A stretch of 64,000 bases of DNA from Lama guanicoe. Taxonomy: Eukaryota. Where the stretch lies: contig MU054391.1 of assembly GCA_013239625.1 (NCBI GenBank), positions 3,749,130-3,813,129 of the forward strand, read 5' to 3'. The notes below the pieces were generated by a model. That model did not search any database. It was not told where the DNA came from and was given only the letters and a program-made list of their open reading frames with translations. The position numbers and the translations under genes are program-made. Below, piece after piece: positions 53,597 through 64,000 of this stretch. Position 1 is the stretch's first letter, and every line of letters begins with the position of its first letter.

Positions 53597-53731
53597 ATGA
53601 CCACAGCGCGGTACCGGCCCACGTGGGACCTGGCCCTCGACCCGCTGGTGTCCTGCAAGCTGTGTCTCGGGGAGTACCCGGTGGAGCAGATGACGACCAT
53701 AGCCCAGTGCCAGTGCGTCTTCTGTACCCTG
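53597..53731 (+). CDS. RNF144A: RNF144A first coding exon (exon 53586-53731; codons 1-45, N-terminal half of RING1 of an RBR E3 ubiquitin ligase)
   Basis: Translation MTTARYRPTWDLALDPLVSCKLCLGEYPVEQMTTIAQCQCVFCTL is the recognisable RNF144A N-terminus. Acceptor ctctcgtttcAG at 53584-53585, GCCATG start context, phase-0 donor CTG|GTGGGT. The next coding exon was not found in the window. Confidence 0.96.
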
Positions 53732-54034
53732 GTGGGTCTTGGAGAAAAACATCGGTTTAAACTGATTTCGGGATGAGCCCTTTGCGGTCGGCCACGTTTG
53801 GCAACACCACGCAACTCTCCGCCCGCCCTCTTGCCTGGAGAGGGCGCCCCTTTGTGATGCGTGTACGCAGTAATGGGAGGGATTCTCTTTGCCAGTCGGG
53901 CTCCCCAGGCAGGTTCTGTTGCAGGTGCTCTTGGTGCAAAAGTAATCAGTTAAACAGAATTTTGGAAGTTAGTAACGTAGTTTAGAACTCACGTTTTAGG
54001 GGAAGATGATTTTTATTTTACTTATTTAAAAAAT

Positions 54035-54175
54035 TCTTTTTATTGAAGTATACTTGATTTACAATGTTTGTTGCAGGTGTGCAGCAAAGCAATTCAGTTA
54101 TACATTTACATGCATTTTTTAATATTCTTTTCCATTGTCTGTTATTACAAGAAATTGAATATAGTTTCCTGTTGT
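54035..54175 (-). mobile_element. L1 extreme 3' end fragment
   Basis: tttattgaagtatacttgatttacaatg...attcagttatacat...ttgaatatagtttcctgt. Confidence 0.8.
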
Positions 54176-54179
54176 GGTG

Positions 54180-54378
54180 TATTTTTAATTTTTATTATTT
54201 ATTTATTTATTTTTAACTGTTCTGTGCAACAATTTTATTTTTAATTTTTATTTATTATTTATCTTTTTTGGGGGGAGGTAATTATATTATTCATTTTTGT
54301 TTTAGTGGAAGTATGAGGGATTGAATGCAGGACCTCAGTATGCTGGGCACTCTACCACTGAGCTACACCCTCACCCTC
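54180..54378 (-). mobile_element. tRNA-Ala-derived camelid SINE (Vic-1 type), diverged, long AT-rich tail
   Basis: gggattgaatgcaggacctc...ctctaccactgagctacaccctc. Confidence 0.8.
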
Positions 54379-54384
54379 CTTATT

Positions 54385-54612
54385 TATTTTTTTTAATTTT
54401 ATTTTTTATTGAAGTGTAGTTGATTTACAATGTTAGTTTCAGGTGTACAGTAAAGTTATTCAGTTATACGTATATATGCATATATATATACACACACACA
54501 CAATTTTCAGATTCTTTTCCATTATATATTATTATAAGAGATTGAATATAGTTCTCTGTGCGACACAGTAGGTCCTTATTGTTTATCTGTTTTGTATATG
54601 GTAATGCCTATC
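54385..54612 (-). mobile_element. Second L1 extreme 3' end fragment
   Basis: tttattgaagtgtagttgatttacaatgttagtttcaggtgtacag...acagtaggtcctt. Confidence 0.85.
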
Positions 54613-57600
54613 TTAGAAACAACTCACTTTAAATTCAGTTGAACGATTACGGCTGAGTGTTAACCGCATACTGTCCTGTAGTCCATGTTAGTGTTCACTG
54701 GTTTGGTGCTAAACTGGAAAATATGCATCTTGAAATCATGTTTGAATTTGTCTGGGGCCAAATGACCTGCTCTCCATGCGTACAGGGAGGGACTTCTGTT
54801 TGCATCAGGCCTAACTCAGACCCAACATTTTACCCATCAGAAAAAAAAAATGGGAGTATAGGATTTATTTTAAGGTTGCCTCATTTAGTTTTACTTGATT
54901 TTTCTTCCTATTCAAAGAATACAAAAAAAGTCCAGGAAAAAATACTTTCCACAAACTATAAAAAACTCAAAGAGTTGTTCCTGAATAGAAGTGTTGTTAT
55001 AAATGGACCATCTGGACGACCTGTCTGTGTGTTGTTCAGAGTCTGATTAGGTTCTGTGCCCCGACAGTCTCCTCCTGATTTTCAGAGACTTCTTCCTTCC
55101 TGCCCAAACTTTGCAACCTTTTTCTACTTGTCTCCTGGTCTCCTTGGGACGTGGGCACGTCCCATACCTTCATCTGCATTTATCAGATAAGGAGACAGAG
55201 CTTTGCAGGCATTTAAGTCTGCATCTCCCTTTATGCTAGACTCCGGCTTTCCGAGGGCAGAATTCTGTCCCCCAAACACCTGGTTCACTGCAGGACCCAT
55301 GACAGATACTCAGTCAAGGCTGCTGGGTCAGCCTCAGCAGCGGGCTTGGCAGCCAGGAAATGCGCCTCATTAAAGCCCCAGGAGAGCAGCTTGATCTCTG
55401 CACAGGACATGGCTTTGGGCATTTTCTGAGGTGGGGAAGGATGGGAGGGACAGAGCCCCAGGGGTGGTGGGCGGGTGAGCCTGCCGCTGTGCACACAGTG
55501 GGGCTTCTCAGTTCTAGAGGATGAGCCGGGATGGTCTAGCATGTGGGGCGGGATTAAACAATTCCCATTGTGCAAAAGTGCCTCCTTCGTGCCTGAAGGG
55601 AAGTTTCCCTGCAGTGAACCAGGCGGATGGATTCCCTTCCGCAGGTGTGCCTGTTACGGAAGTGACAGGCCAGGAAGAAGCAAGCACCACTCGGAGGGTT
55701 GGAGTACTCAGATGTATTACGCCGGCGGGCTCAGAGGGGCTTCTGCTCCGAAGCTCTGAGCACCTCCAAGACGTGCGCATGAGGTTTTATAGGGTAAAGT
55801 CCAAGCTTGGGGTGTTCGGCCAGTAGGCATGGAACAGCTTTAGCAGCAGCATCATCACAAAAGTGGAGGCCGGGAGGCAGCAAACCAGCATTTCAAGGCC
55901 AGATACGTCTCTTCGAGAATCCAGCTGGCTTGCAAAAAAAACATGAGCAGGGAATCAGCAAACCGACACTTACTAACTTCGATTTACGAGTTAGCCCAGC
56001 AGAACGCAGGTCAGTAATCCGACACTTGCTGCACTTAGATTTACTAGGAGGCCGGCCGGCTTTTCCCTCAAGTGCCTGTGGGCGAGCTGACTCCCCGCTG
56101 TCCCCTCTGAGCTGTCGCGGGGGAGGGGTGGCCTCTCGAGACCAGGACTTGTCCTTTCCCCGCCTGGCTTCACGCAGCCTTTCGTTTACTGTCGCCCTTG
56201 TTTGGGTTTCTATTTCTAGAGGATCGGAGTAAAAGTAAAGCATGGCCAGTTCAGATCAAGCGCTTAATTTAAGTCAGGGACCGTGAAGAGGAAAATGACC
56301 CTGTTTTCTCAGAGAGGGGTGGCCGGGCGCTCCAGATGCAGGTGGGATTCTTTTTTCACAACCGTTTATTAAAAAGCGAGATGTTGAGACCGGGCTGCTT
56401 GCGTCTGTAGCTCGCAGCAGCGGGGAGCGCAGGAAACACCTGTGGGGTTCAGGCGGGGGGGGGCGCCCCTGCGCTTCCGTCTCCTGCCTCCCCTCCGTGT
56501 CGGCCTCGGGGCCCCCAGCCTGGGCAGAGGCACGGCCCAGGGCCCGCAGAGCGCCACTGTCCTTTTCCTGGGGTCAGACCTGGGAAGGAGACACCGTTGC
56601 CGACCCGGCCGCCCTCCCGGGCCTCATGTGGATCGTGGAGCCAAATGTGGTTCACCCCGAGGTTCACGTGGAGCAGTGTGTGACAAGGACATGCCACGTG
56701 GCCAGCGTGGTGCAGGCCCAGACCCTTCTCCTCTTGCTTCTACCTTTGGGCTCAGAGCCACAGGAACCAAAAAGAGCTTCGGGGAGTCTTCCCCAGGTGT
56801 GTATCCAGAGGGACATTTGTTCTCGAGGATGCACTCAAACGATCCTTGTGGTTCAGTGGGTTTGCTGAACCCCGCATGCCATGGGCCTCTCTGTACCCCC
56901 ACCAGGGCCCTCCAGGTGCCCAAGAGCAGGAAGAAAACCCCAAGAAATCACGCTGGGGACAGCGCTGATTTCACCTGCATCTCCCCAGATTACTCGAGCG
57001 TGAGAAATGTCAGCCTATCATTACTGATGTGGCAAAATCCTGACACGTGTTCCGAGGCGTTTCCCTTGCTTATTGGGCGCCTGGTGGCTTTAGGGTGAGT
57101 TCAGAGGTCATGGAGGTCATGCACTGGGGTCAGCGGGGAGGGAGAGCGGTGCCCCAGCCTGAGGGTCTCCGTGACTGCAGGGACCCTCCGAGCCCCGTGT
57201 GCGTTCCAGGTGTGACACTACGTTTCAGGGGCCTGGGCGTGTGACAGCTAGCTGGTAGCGCCAACAGTCAAGTTTTGGCTGAGAGTGAAAACAAAACTTT
57301 AAAGGGCCGAATTTAAACATGCAGATTTGTGTGCAAAAATACAAAGTGTTAAATTCAACCAACACCTTCTTTGCAGAAGTACTGGGAGGAGAGAAAGGGT
57401 TGCTGGCACTTATGTCAAAGTGAGCTGAGTGCCTCCAGGGAGAGCCAGTCCCATTTCCAGTGTGTCAGTCTGTGACACCACCCGTGTGTCTGGTGGCCTG
57501 GGAGGTCCCCCGTGCTCCAGAGTCTGAAATGTGCAAGATGTTTTATGCTTAATTGAAACATATCCAGGCCATCGTGGTCTCCCTGTACTTGAAGCATTCT

Positions 57601-59084
57601 GCAGCGTTAAAATGTTTATGTGGTTTTATTGCTGACAAAGCAGTGTCCAGCCTGAAGCTCCCATCATTGGAAGGGATCTCCTGATTCCAAAGTTTGAGGA
57701 GCCTTGGGGCTCAAAGACGTGAGGCACTGTGGCTCCCCCGTCAAGAAATGGGTCCCCAGGGATCAGGAGGGTGAAACGTCTGTTTTTCAAGACCCAGAAC
57801 TTCACCTTAGTTATGTTTTCTCACCCAGAAACTCTGCTGGTGAGGAGATGGGCTTCCACTTCCTTGTCTTTTCAACCCCGTCAGCTTTGCATTTTGTAAA
57901 ACAGCCCAGCGGGGATGTTAGTCACTTCCGTTCTCCGGCCCTTATCAGATGCCCGTCTGTGCCGAGTGCCCTGGGCACCTCGTGGGGGGGTGAAGGATTT
58001 CAGTCTCTGCTCTCCGATCCCCAGGCAGGGGAGAGGTGGGTCTAGGTGGCTGTATTTGGGGTGGAAAGAGCAGTATTTACAGTATAAACAGAGGGATGAC
58101 AGCCGGGAGACAGGAGCCGTGAATTCCACCCGCAGGCTTTAGGGAGACATTTGAAGAAAGCGTGATGGATGGAGCCATCAGCGTGGGGCAGGCAAAGGAG
58201 GGGGTGCCGTGTGATGGGGCCGGAATGGGAGGGTTTTGCTGAGGTTCCCACAGCGACATAATTGGCAGGGACCAGAAGGGCACCAGGCCAGAAAGGTGGG
58301 GCTACGGAGCAGTGCTTCAGTGGTGATGTGCAGAGGGAAGGGCCTGGGGCCGTGCGCCTCCTGTGTGAGGCCGGAGCCACCCGAGGAGCAGAAAGCTTTG
58401 GGTCTAGAAGGTGTGTGTCCTTCACTGGGCTTCTTAGATGAGAAAGGCAGGCTTGCAGGGGGGCTGGCTTGAGGTCCGGCGCTGAGAACGCATCACCGGG
58501 CTGGGCTCCAGCTGCCACGGTGACAGCAGCGTAGGGACCGGGTTGTCAGGTCTTTACTGTGTCCCCAAGGTGCCCCCCCTCAGGTCCTCCACCAGCGCTG
58601 CCCACAGGCACCACCCACACGCTTTTCATTTTTATCCCTGGATTTAGGGTCCCCGTAAAGCTTCACCTCGTGGTGAAAGAGCGGTGTCTGCTGATTGACG
58701 GTGACGCAGTGACGCCCGTCAACGCTACCTCGCTTTCCATAAATCCTGGGAAGTGGGCAGGCGGCTCCGTCTCATAAACGGGCCACTGCAGCCCAGAAAG
58801 GGGAGGAGCGCTCTGGAGCATCCTCTGGGTGTGCCTCGACTCCCGTGCACTTGGTTTTTGCAACGAAACCTGATGCTTCTCTTTTAACCACGTGTAAGGA
58901 AACACTGATTCCTGGGGTCAGCTCTGCTGAGAAACTTAGCAAAGGGCTGAAGGGCGGCCGGGAGGCATTTGCAGGTCAGGCCCTCGGTCACGGGCACCAG
59001 GCTTCCTTCTCACGCCCCCGGATCCCAGCACCTTCCTACCTAGGAAGGACACTAGGGACCTTCTTCCTCTCTCCTTGTTTTGCG

Positions 59085-59185
59085 TACTTTATTTTTCCTT
59101 TGTTTTTTAGTGGAGGTACTGGGGATTGAACCCAGGACCTCGTGCATGTTAAGCACATGCTCTGCCACTGAGCTAGACCCTCCCC
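59085..59185 (-). mobile_element. tRNA-Ala-derived camelid SINE (Vic-1 type)
   Basis: Reverse complement reads GGGGAGGGTCTAGCTCAGTGGCAGAGCATGTGCTTAACATGCACGAGGTCCTGGGTTCAATCCCCAGTACCTCCA, with A and B boxes and an A-rich tail. Confidence 0.88.
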
Positions 59186-61354
59186 AATGCACTGGACTCT
59201 GAATCCGACCTCCCTGTTCTCTCCCAGGAGGCCCTTCTAGGTCCTGCTGCAGTCGGGGTCCTGGAACCCTGCCCCGATTTTGCCAGGATACCCAGATAGG
59301 TAGTCTTCTCGGCTTCCCTGGCCCCTTCTCAATCATGAGATAAAAAGCAAACGCAAGTCTTGGATTCTCCCTTTGACGGGACGATCTGCAGGGGTTGGGA
59401 TGGAGACAGCCCAGCCTGAGGAGGCTGGAGGGACAGTGTCCGGCTGTTAGCATGAACCCGCAGTGTCCCCGATTCTGAGCAGTCGCACACGTCTCACTTC
59501 GTCACCCCCAAACCCTGCACACGTCGAATACTTGCAGCCCCTTCTCTCACGTTCCTTTGTAAATTCTGCGCACACACGGGTGCCGTACGCCCACACAGAA
59601 ACACATTCCACCTCCAGGAAGAGTCCTCCGCAGGATGCGTGGTCCTCTGCTTCTGGTCCCCTAGACTGTCAGGGCGGAGTGAGTGCGTGTTTGTTGAGTG
59701 GATGCAGCAGAAGCCCCTCGTGTTCCTGACACCTGACACTCGGGCTCCGCGCGTGAACCCCTCCTGCCACAACCGCCTCTGTCCTGCCTTTCGTCGGGAG
59801 GTGCTGGTGGTGAGGCGGGGTTTGGTTGAATGCTCACGCTTGGTCCTCCGTGACTTTGGAGCAGAGAGGCCGTCCTCCACACGGCAGTTCTCCGGCAGCT
59901 TGTCTGGAAGCACGAGGGTGAGGAGCGCATCCTCCCTGCAGAGGAGAGGACGGCGCCTTCTCCCCGAATCTCCCCTTCTAGGCAGCTCAGCTCGGGAGGA
60001 GGGGGCGGGTGGTCCCTGGAGCAGGAGGACCTGGGGAGGAGCAGAAAGCATAGCATCACCTTCAGTCCCTTCCTGTGGGGCTGCGGACGGGCAGACCCAT
60101 GGGCAGGCCCAGCCCAGTCCCCAGAGGGCTCCCCAGGTCACCAGAGCTGGGCCCTGAGTCACCTTCAGGGCTCCCTAACTTTCGTCTTCTGTTCCCCTCC
60201 CGGCCTTCCACTGCGCCCAGCTCCCCGGTACAGTCATCATCAAATCCTGCTGGTCACCTTGACCGCCGCCCGGTTCTCAGAACAGGGCATTTCCTTCAAG
60301 AACAGAGAGCAGTCCTCCTGCGTTCTATCAGCGGGAGTGACCGCACAGGCAGGGCTTTCCAGGAAAGGTCCATTTCAAGGCTGAGTTTTTTTTAGATCCT
60401 GGCGAAGCTGCTGGCCACGTGGAGGCCGTGCCCAGTTCCCCACCCAAAGCCGGGAAGACCCAGAGCCCTGACTGGGAACCGTTGTCTTGAATAATTTAAC
60501 TGGTCTCCTGCTCCGTCAGGTCCACCTACACATGCAGAGACCAGTTCTTGTAAAGCAGCCCTTTTGATGATGTAAACCCACTCCAGGCACGCTGTGAACC
60601 CAAGCCCTCTGCGAAGGACAGCCTGCTGCCCAGCTGGGCCCCGGGTGCTTTCCGGTCTCTTCGGTGTCTGCAGCCCGTCAGCGCCACGTTCTCTGCTTCT
60701 CCACACATCACGTGTTGTCAAGCCCGCACCCTGTCTCCTGGTGTTTCTCTGCCTTGGGTGGACCCAGCACCGGGATGGGTAACTTCCTCTCTGTGGGAAG
60801 AGACTGAGAAAGCAGCGTCCGGAGCCAGCTCCGGCTCGTCTGTCTCTTTGCATTGATTGTGGTGAAGGGAGGTCCCCCCAGGTCCTACCCGCCTCGCACC
60901 TCCTCACAAAATCAGTGCCTACCAGCTGAGTTGACTTGAAAATCCCAAGCAGGTGGCAAACTCACAGCTGAGGACTTCCCCCTTGGTGACCTTGAAGGAC
61001 AGCTTTGAACACCAGACCACTCAGCCCGCATCTTTCTGTGCATCTGCAGTCACAAGCCCCTGGGTGAGGGCCGTTGCGGGCGACAGAGACTATGAGGGGC
61101 ATCGCCTCTGCCCTGTCAGCGTGTGGGGTCAGGGCTGCACTGGCTCTCTCCGGGGCATCAGACACGAGGCTGCAGGTCAGGGGTTCCACGGAAGGGGTGA
61201 GGCTCCTGCCCGAGCAAGGGCCTGTGACCGCCTCAGTTTGAACTCAAGGCTGGAAGGGGTCTTGGTGGCGGGACTTCCACGTGGGCAGAATTGGGCTGAT
61301 GGGCACAGTAGGGTGGAAGCAGCCGGAACTAGTACCATTGAGAACCTACTTTGT

Positions 61355-61479
61355 GTTTTATTTTTGTTTACTTTTTTAATACTGTTTTATTTTGATTTTT
61401 TAAAGGAGGTACTGGGGATGGAACCCAGGACCTCGTGCATGCTAAGCACGTGCTCCCCCACTGAGCTGCACCCTCCCCC
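61355..61479 (-). mobile_element. tRNA-Ala-derived camelid SINE (Vic-1 type)
   Basis: Antisense tRNA-like head 61405-61479. 15-bp TSD gagaacctactttgt / gagaccctgctttgt (61340, 61480). Confidence 0.88.
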
Positions 61480-63338
61480 GAGACCCTGCTTTGTACGGGT
61501 CCAATTTAATCCTTCCTGCAAGGACACTGCCTGCAAGGAAGGTCATTGTGCTTGTGCTGTGCGTGACTCGGTTCCAGTCTTAGGACCTTGAGGGAAAGGC
61601 CCAAGGATTCTCGGGGAGCAGAGCGCCGAGGCTCCCGGGGGCAAGGCTGACCGAGGGGCCTCCTGTCTCCCTGCTGCTCCTGGTCTTCAGCAAAGCCCTG
61701 GGCTCTGAGAGTGCAGGGGAGGTGAGTCCAGGAGACAGGGGATCCGATCCAGCGGTTTAGCAAGGGCAGAGCACCGAGTACATGTAGATGAGAGCTTTTT
61801 TTTTTTTTTTTTTTTTTGGTAGAAAGAAAGTTTGGAATTTTTTTTCCTTTGGAAAAGTTTACAAAAGAGGCCTTCACGATTTGGACTCCCAGCGCTGGGT
61901 AAAGTCACGTCCCCGCAGCCCGGGCAGGAGCGCCCCTGGCAGCGCGCAGCACGGGGCTTGCTGGGTGGCCTGCTCGGCCTCCCGGGCTTGGCGTGAAGCA
62001 TCCTCGCCAGGCGACGCCCGCGCCCACGGCTCCAGCATCCCAGCGGCCGGCTCAGCGAGGAAGGGCTCGGCCTCCCCCCTGCCGAGGGGCCCAGGACGCG
62101 GCCTCCGCTCCTCTGCGGGGAGGCAGGGTGCCCGTGTCCGTGCGGGGTCGGCTTGTGCTGCCTGCCGCCCCCACAGCTCCCCAGCCAGCGGCGTCTGTCT
62201 CTCCCTGCGGTGCTGTTAATCCCTTGCTGGTTACCAGCACTCAGTCAGGCACAGGGACTGGAAAGATAAATAAACAGTTCTTACTTTCAAAGAGTCTGCC
62301 GTCTCACCGAGGGGAAATGCAAGCAGACCTGGGTTACTGAGGCTGTGGGAACGCCATACGCAGCGCATGGTGTGGGTGTGACAATGGGGGGGGGAGCGCT
62401 GTGGCCCCCGGGCACCGAGCTGTTGCGGCGGCACCGTCTGCCAGGCTTGTCTCATCCCGCGCCGTGGGGGGCGGGGGCTCAGAGAGGTGCAGGCAGCACA
62501 TCTGGTTCAGGAAGTCCACGCCACACATCTGGCAGGCAGGCAAGCTGACATTCAGACCCAGGGCCCCGCTTCCAGCTCCTTGCTCTTTGAACGCTGCTCC
62601 CAGGGTCCCTCCGCAGTTGTTTGGACCTGCCTGCACGTAACAGTGGTAAACAGAGGACCCCTGATAGGCGGGAGCGACTCGGGCATCTCTGAGCACAGTT
62701 TCTGGAAGTTTCTCCAGCTGTTAGCATCATCAGTAGCTGGCAGGCCTCCGGGGGAGAAAACACGAAATTCAGCCTTGCTGCTGTTTTCCGGCAGGCAGCC
62801 GTGTCTCGTGGCCCCCTTCTCCTCGGCAGGAAGCTTCCGACACAACGGAGCTACCTTGGCAGACCAGCCGTGCTGCCCCCGCATCTCCGGGCCCGGGTTT
62901 CAAAGAGTTGGACGGCAAAATGGAAAACGGAAGGCCAGGAACATTCTGCGGCTCTGGACACCTCCCTGCCTTCTCCTGCCCCTGGTGCAGTGGGTGCCGC
63001 TTTCCTGGGGTGCCTTGTCCCTCTGGGCAGCTTTCCAGCTCTGGGGCGCCTTCCTGGCCTGCCCTGCCCCCCTTCCAGGAGGACCCCCCGGAGCGCCAGC
63101 ACAGTGTGTCATCAGGATCTGCACCCGCCTCTTTTCCCACAGTGGGGGTCTTGATGTCGTGGACGGTCTTGGCATCCAGGAATCCGGGACAGGGAAAGAC
63201 ACGCTCTGGGTTGACTCAGACGTCGCTAGTTTAAAGTGCAAACAATTCTTTTTTTTTTTTAACTTGAGTTACTTGGTCAGATATAAACTGTGTGATGATT
63301 AACTTTGTTGTTCAGTCAGCTCTTTAAGAGGCATCCTA

Positions 63339-63445
63339 ATTTTTTTTTTTTATTGAAGTACAGTCAGTGACAGTGTGTGAATTTCTGGTGCACAGCACAG
63401 CGTCCCCGTCATGCACATACCTACAGATACTCATTTTCAGTTCTT
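63339..63445 (-). mobile_element. L1 extreme 3' end fragment
   Basis: T-tract followed by attgaagtacagtcagt..cagtgtgtgaatttctggtgcacagca. Confidence 0.75.
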
Positions 63446-63559
63446 CGTGCTAATGAAAGACACTTGAGGTAACAGAAAATCAGCACTAAATGATCGCTGA
63501 TGAAAGTGTTCTTGATGGGGGAGAAAGAGACCAAAGTTTAAAGAAACGGAAAGCCCCAT

Positions 63560-63700
63560 CTCCTTGGAGTCAGACACACGTGGGTTTGAGCCCCAGCTCC
63601 TCTGCTTACAGACGCGGATGATGGGCCGGTTCCTCACGCCCCCGCGCCTGTGTTCTCTCCCCCGTACGATGGGAGTGACTGACACCTCTTGAGGTTCTTG
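63560..63700 (+). mobile_element. MIR SINE relic
   Basis: ttggagtcagacacacgtgggtttgagccccagctc..ctgcttac... Confidence 0.6.
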
Positions 63701-64000
63701 GGGTGGTCTAGCTGGCTGACTTAGCTAGTGATCAACCCAGGGTCCTGAGACATCTGATCAGGGATTAGCTGGCATTAACAGGATGGTGAGGAATGTGTCA
63801 GCGTCTGCCTTTGTACCCTGTGTTTATTTTTCCAGCGGTTTCTCTGGCATTTTTGTGTGCTGATTTCAAGACATCTTTTTGCTATTAGATTGAGAAACAC
63901 GGCCTGTGAGTCACGGCCACTTTAACCTGGAAGAAGACCGGGCCTGTGTTCAGCGGGTGCTCGGTCAGACACTGGGGCTCTCATGTCTTTTAACACAGTA

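Noticed and set aside
53519..53776. 85-aa ORF as the full CDS
   Set aside because: It extends into intron on both sides; the splice sites limit the coding part to 53597-53731.
59111..59185. tRNA-Ala gene
   Set aside because: Altered anticodon loop, A-rich tail and four related copies in the window indicate a SINE.
62487..63302. 271-aa ORF
   Set aside because: No similarity to the expected next RNF144A exon (CLKQYVELLIKEG..., from memory) or any domain I recognise; consistent with a chance ORF in GC-rich sequence.
1..64000. Novel multi-gene system, operon or CRISPR array
   Set aside because: The DNA is eukaryotic and intronic. I saw no repeat-spacer array, and the only non-transposon protein similarity is the RNF144A exon.

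Overview
Mammalian genomic DNA, most likely camelid (alpaca/camel): it carries tRNA-Ala-derived Vic-1-type SINEs, and I recognised no Alu, BovB or Can-SINE copies. The window lies inside the RBR E3 ligase gene RNF144A on the + strand. It holds a probable 5'UTR exon (5102-5294), a ~48 kb intron, the first coding exon (53586-53731, ATG at 53597, N-terminal half of RING1) and the start of the next intron. The rest is intronic: L1, L2, MIR, MaLR/ERV LTR and SINE relics, microsatellites, a 39-N gap and a near-identical 2.7 kb tandem duplication that looks like an assembly artefact. Almost all ORFs in the supplied track are spurious. I found no convincing novel biological system. The best leads are the 5'UTR architecture of RNF144A (a uORF and an open in-frame upstream frame), a twin-primed inverted L1, nested insertions with target-site duplications (TSDs), and GC-shifted ancient repeats. 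Repeat family names come from remembered consensus sequences, and boundaries without TSDs are approximate.
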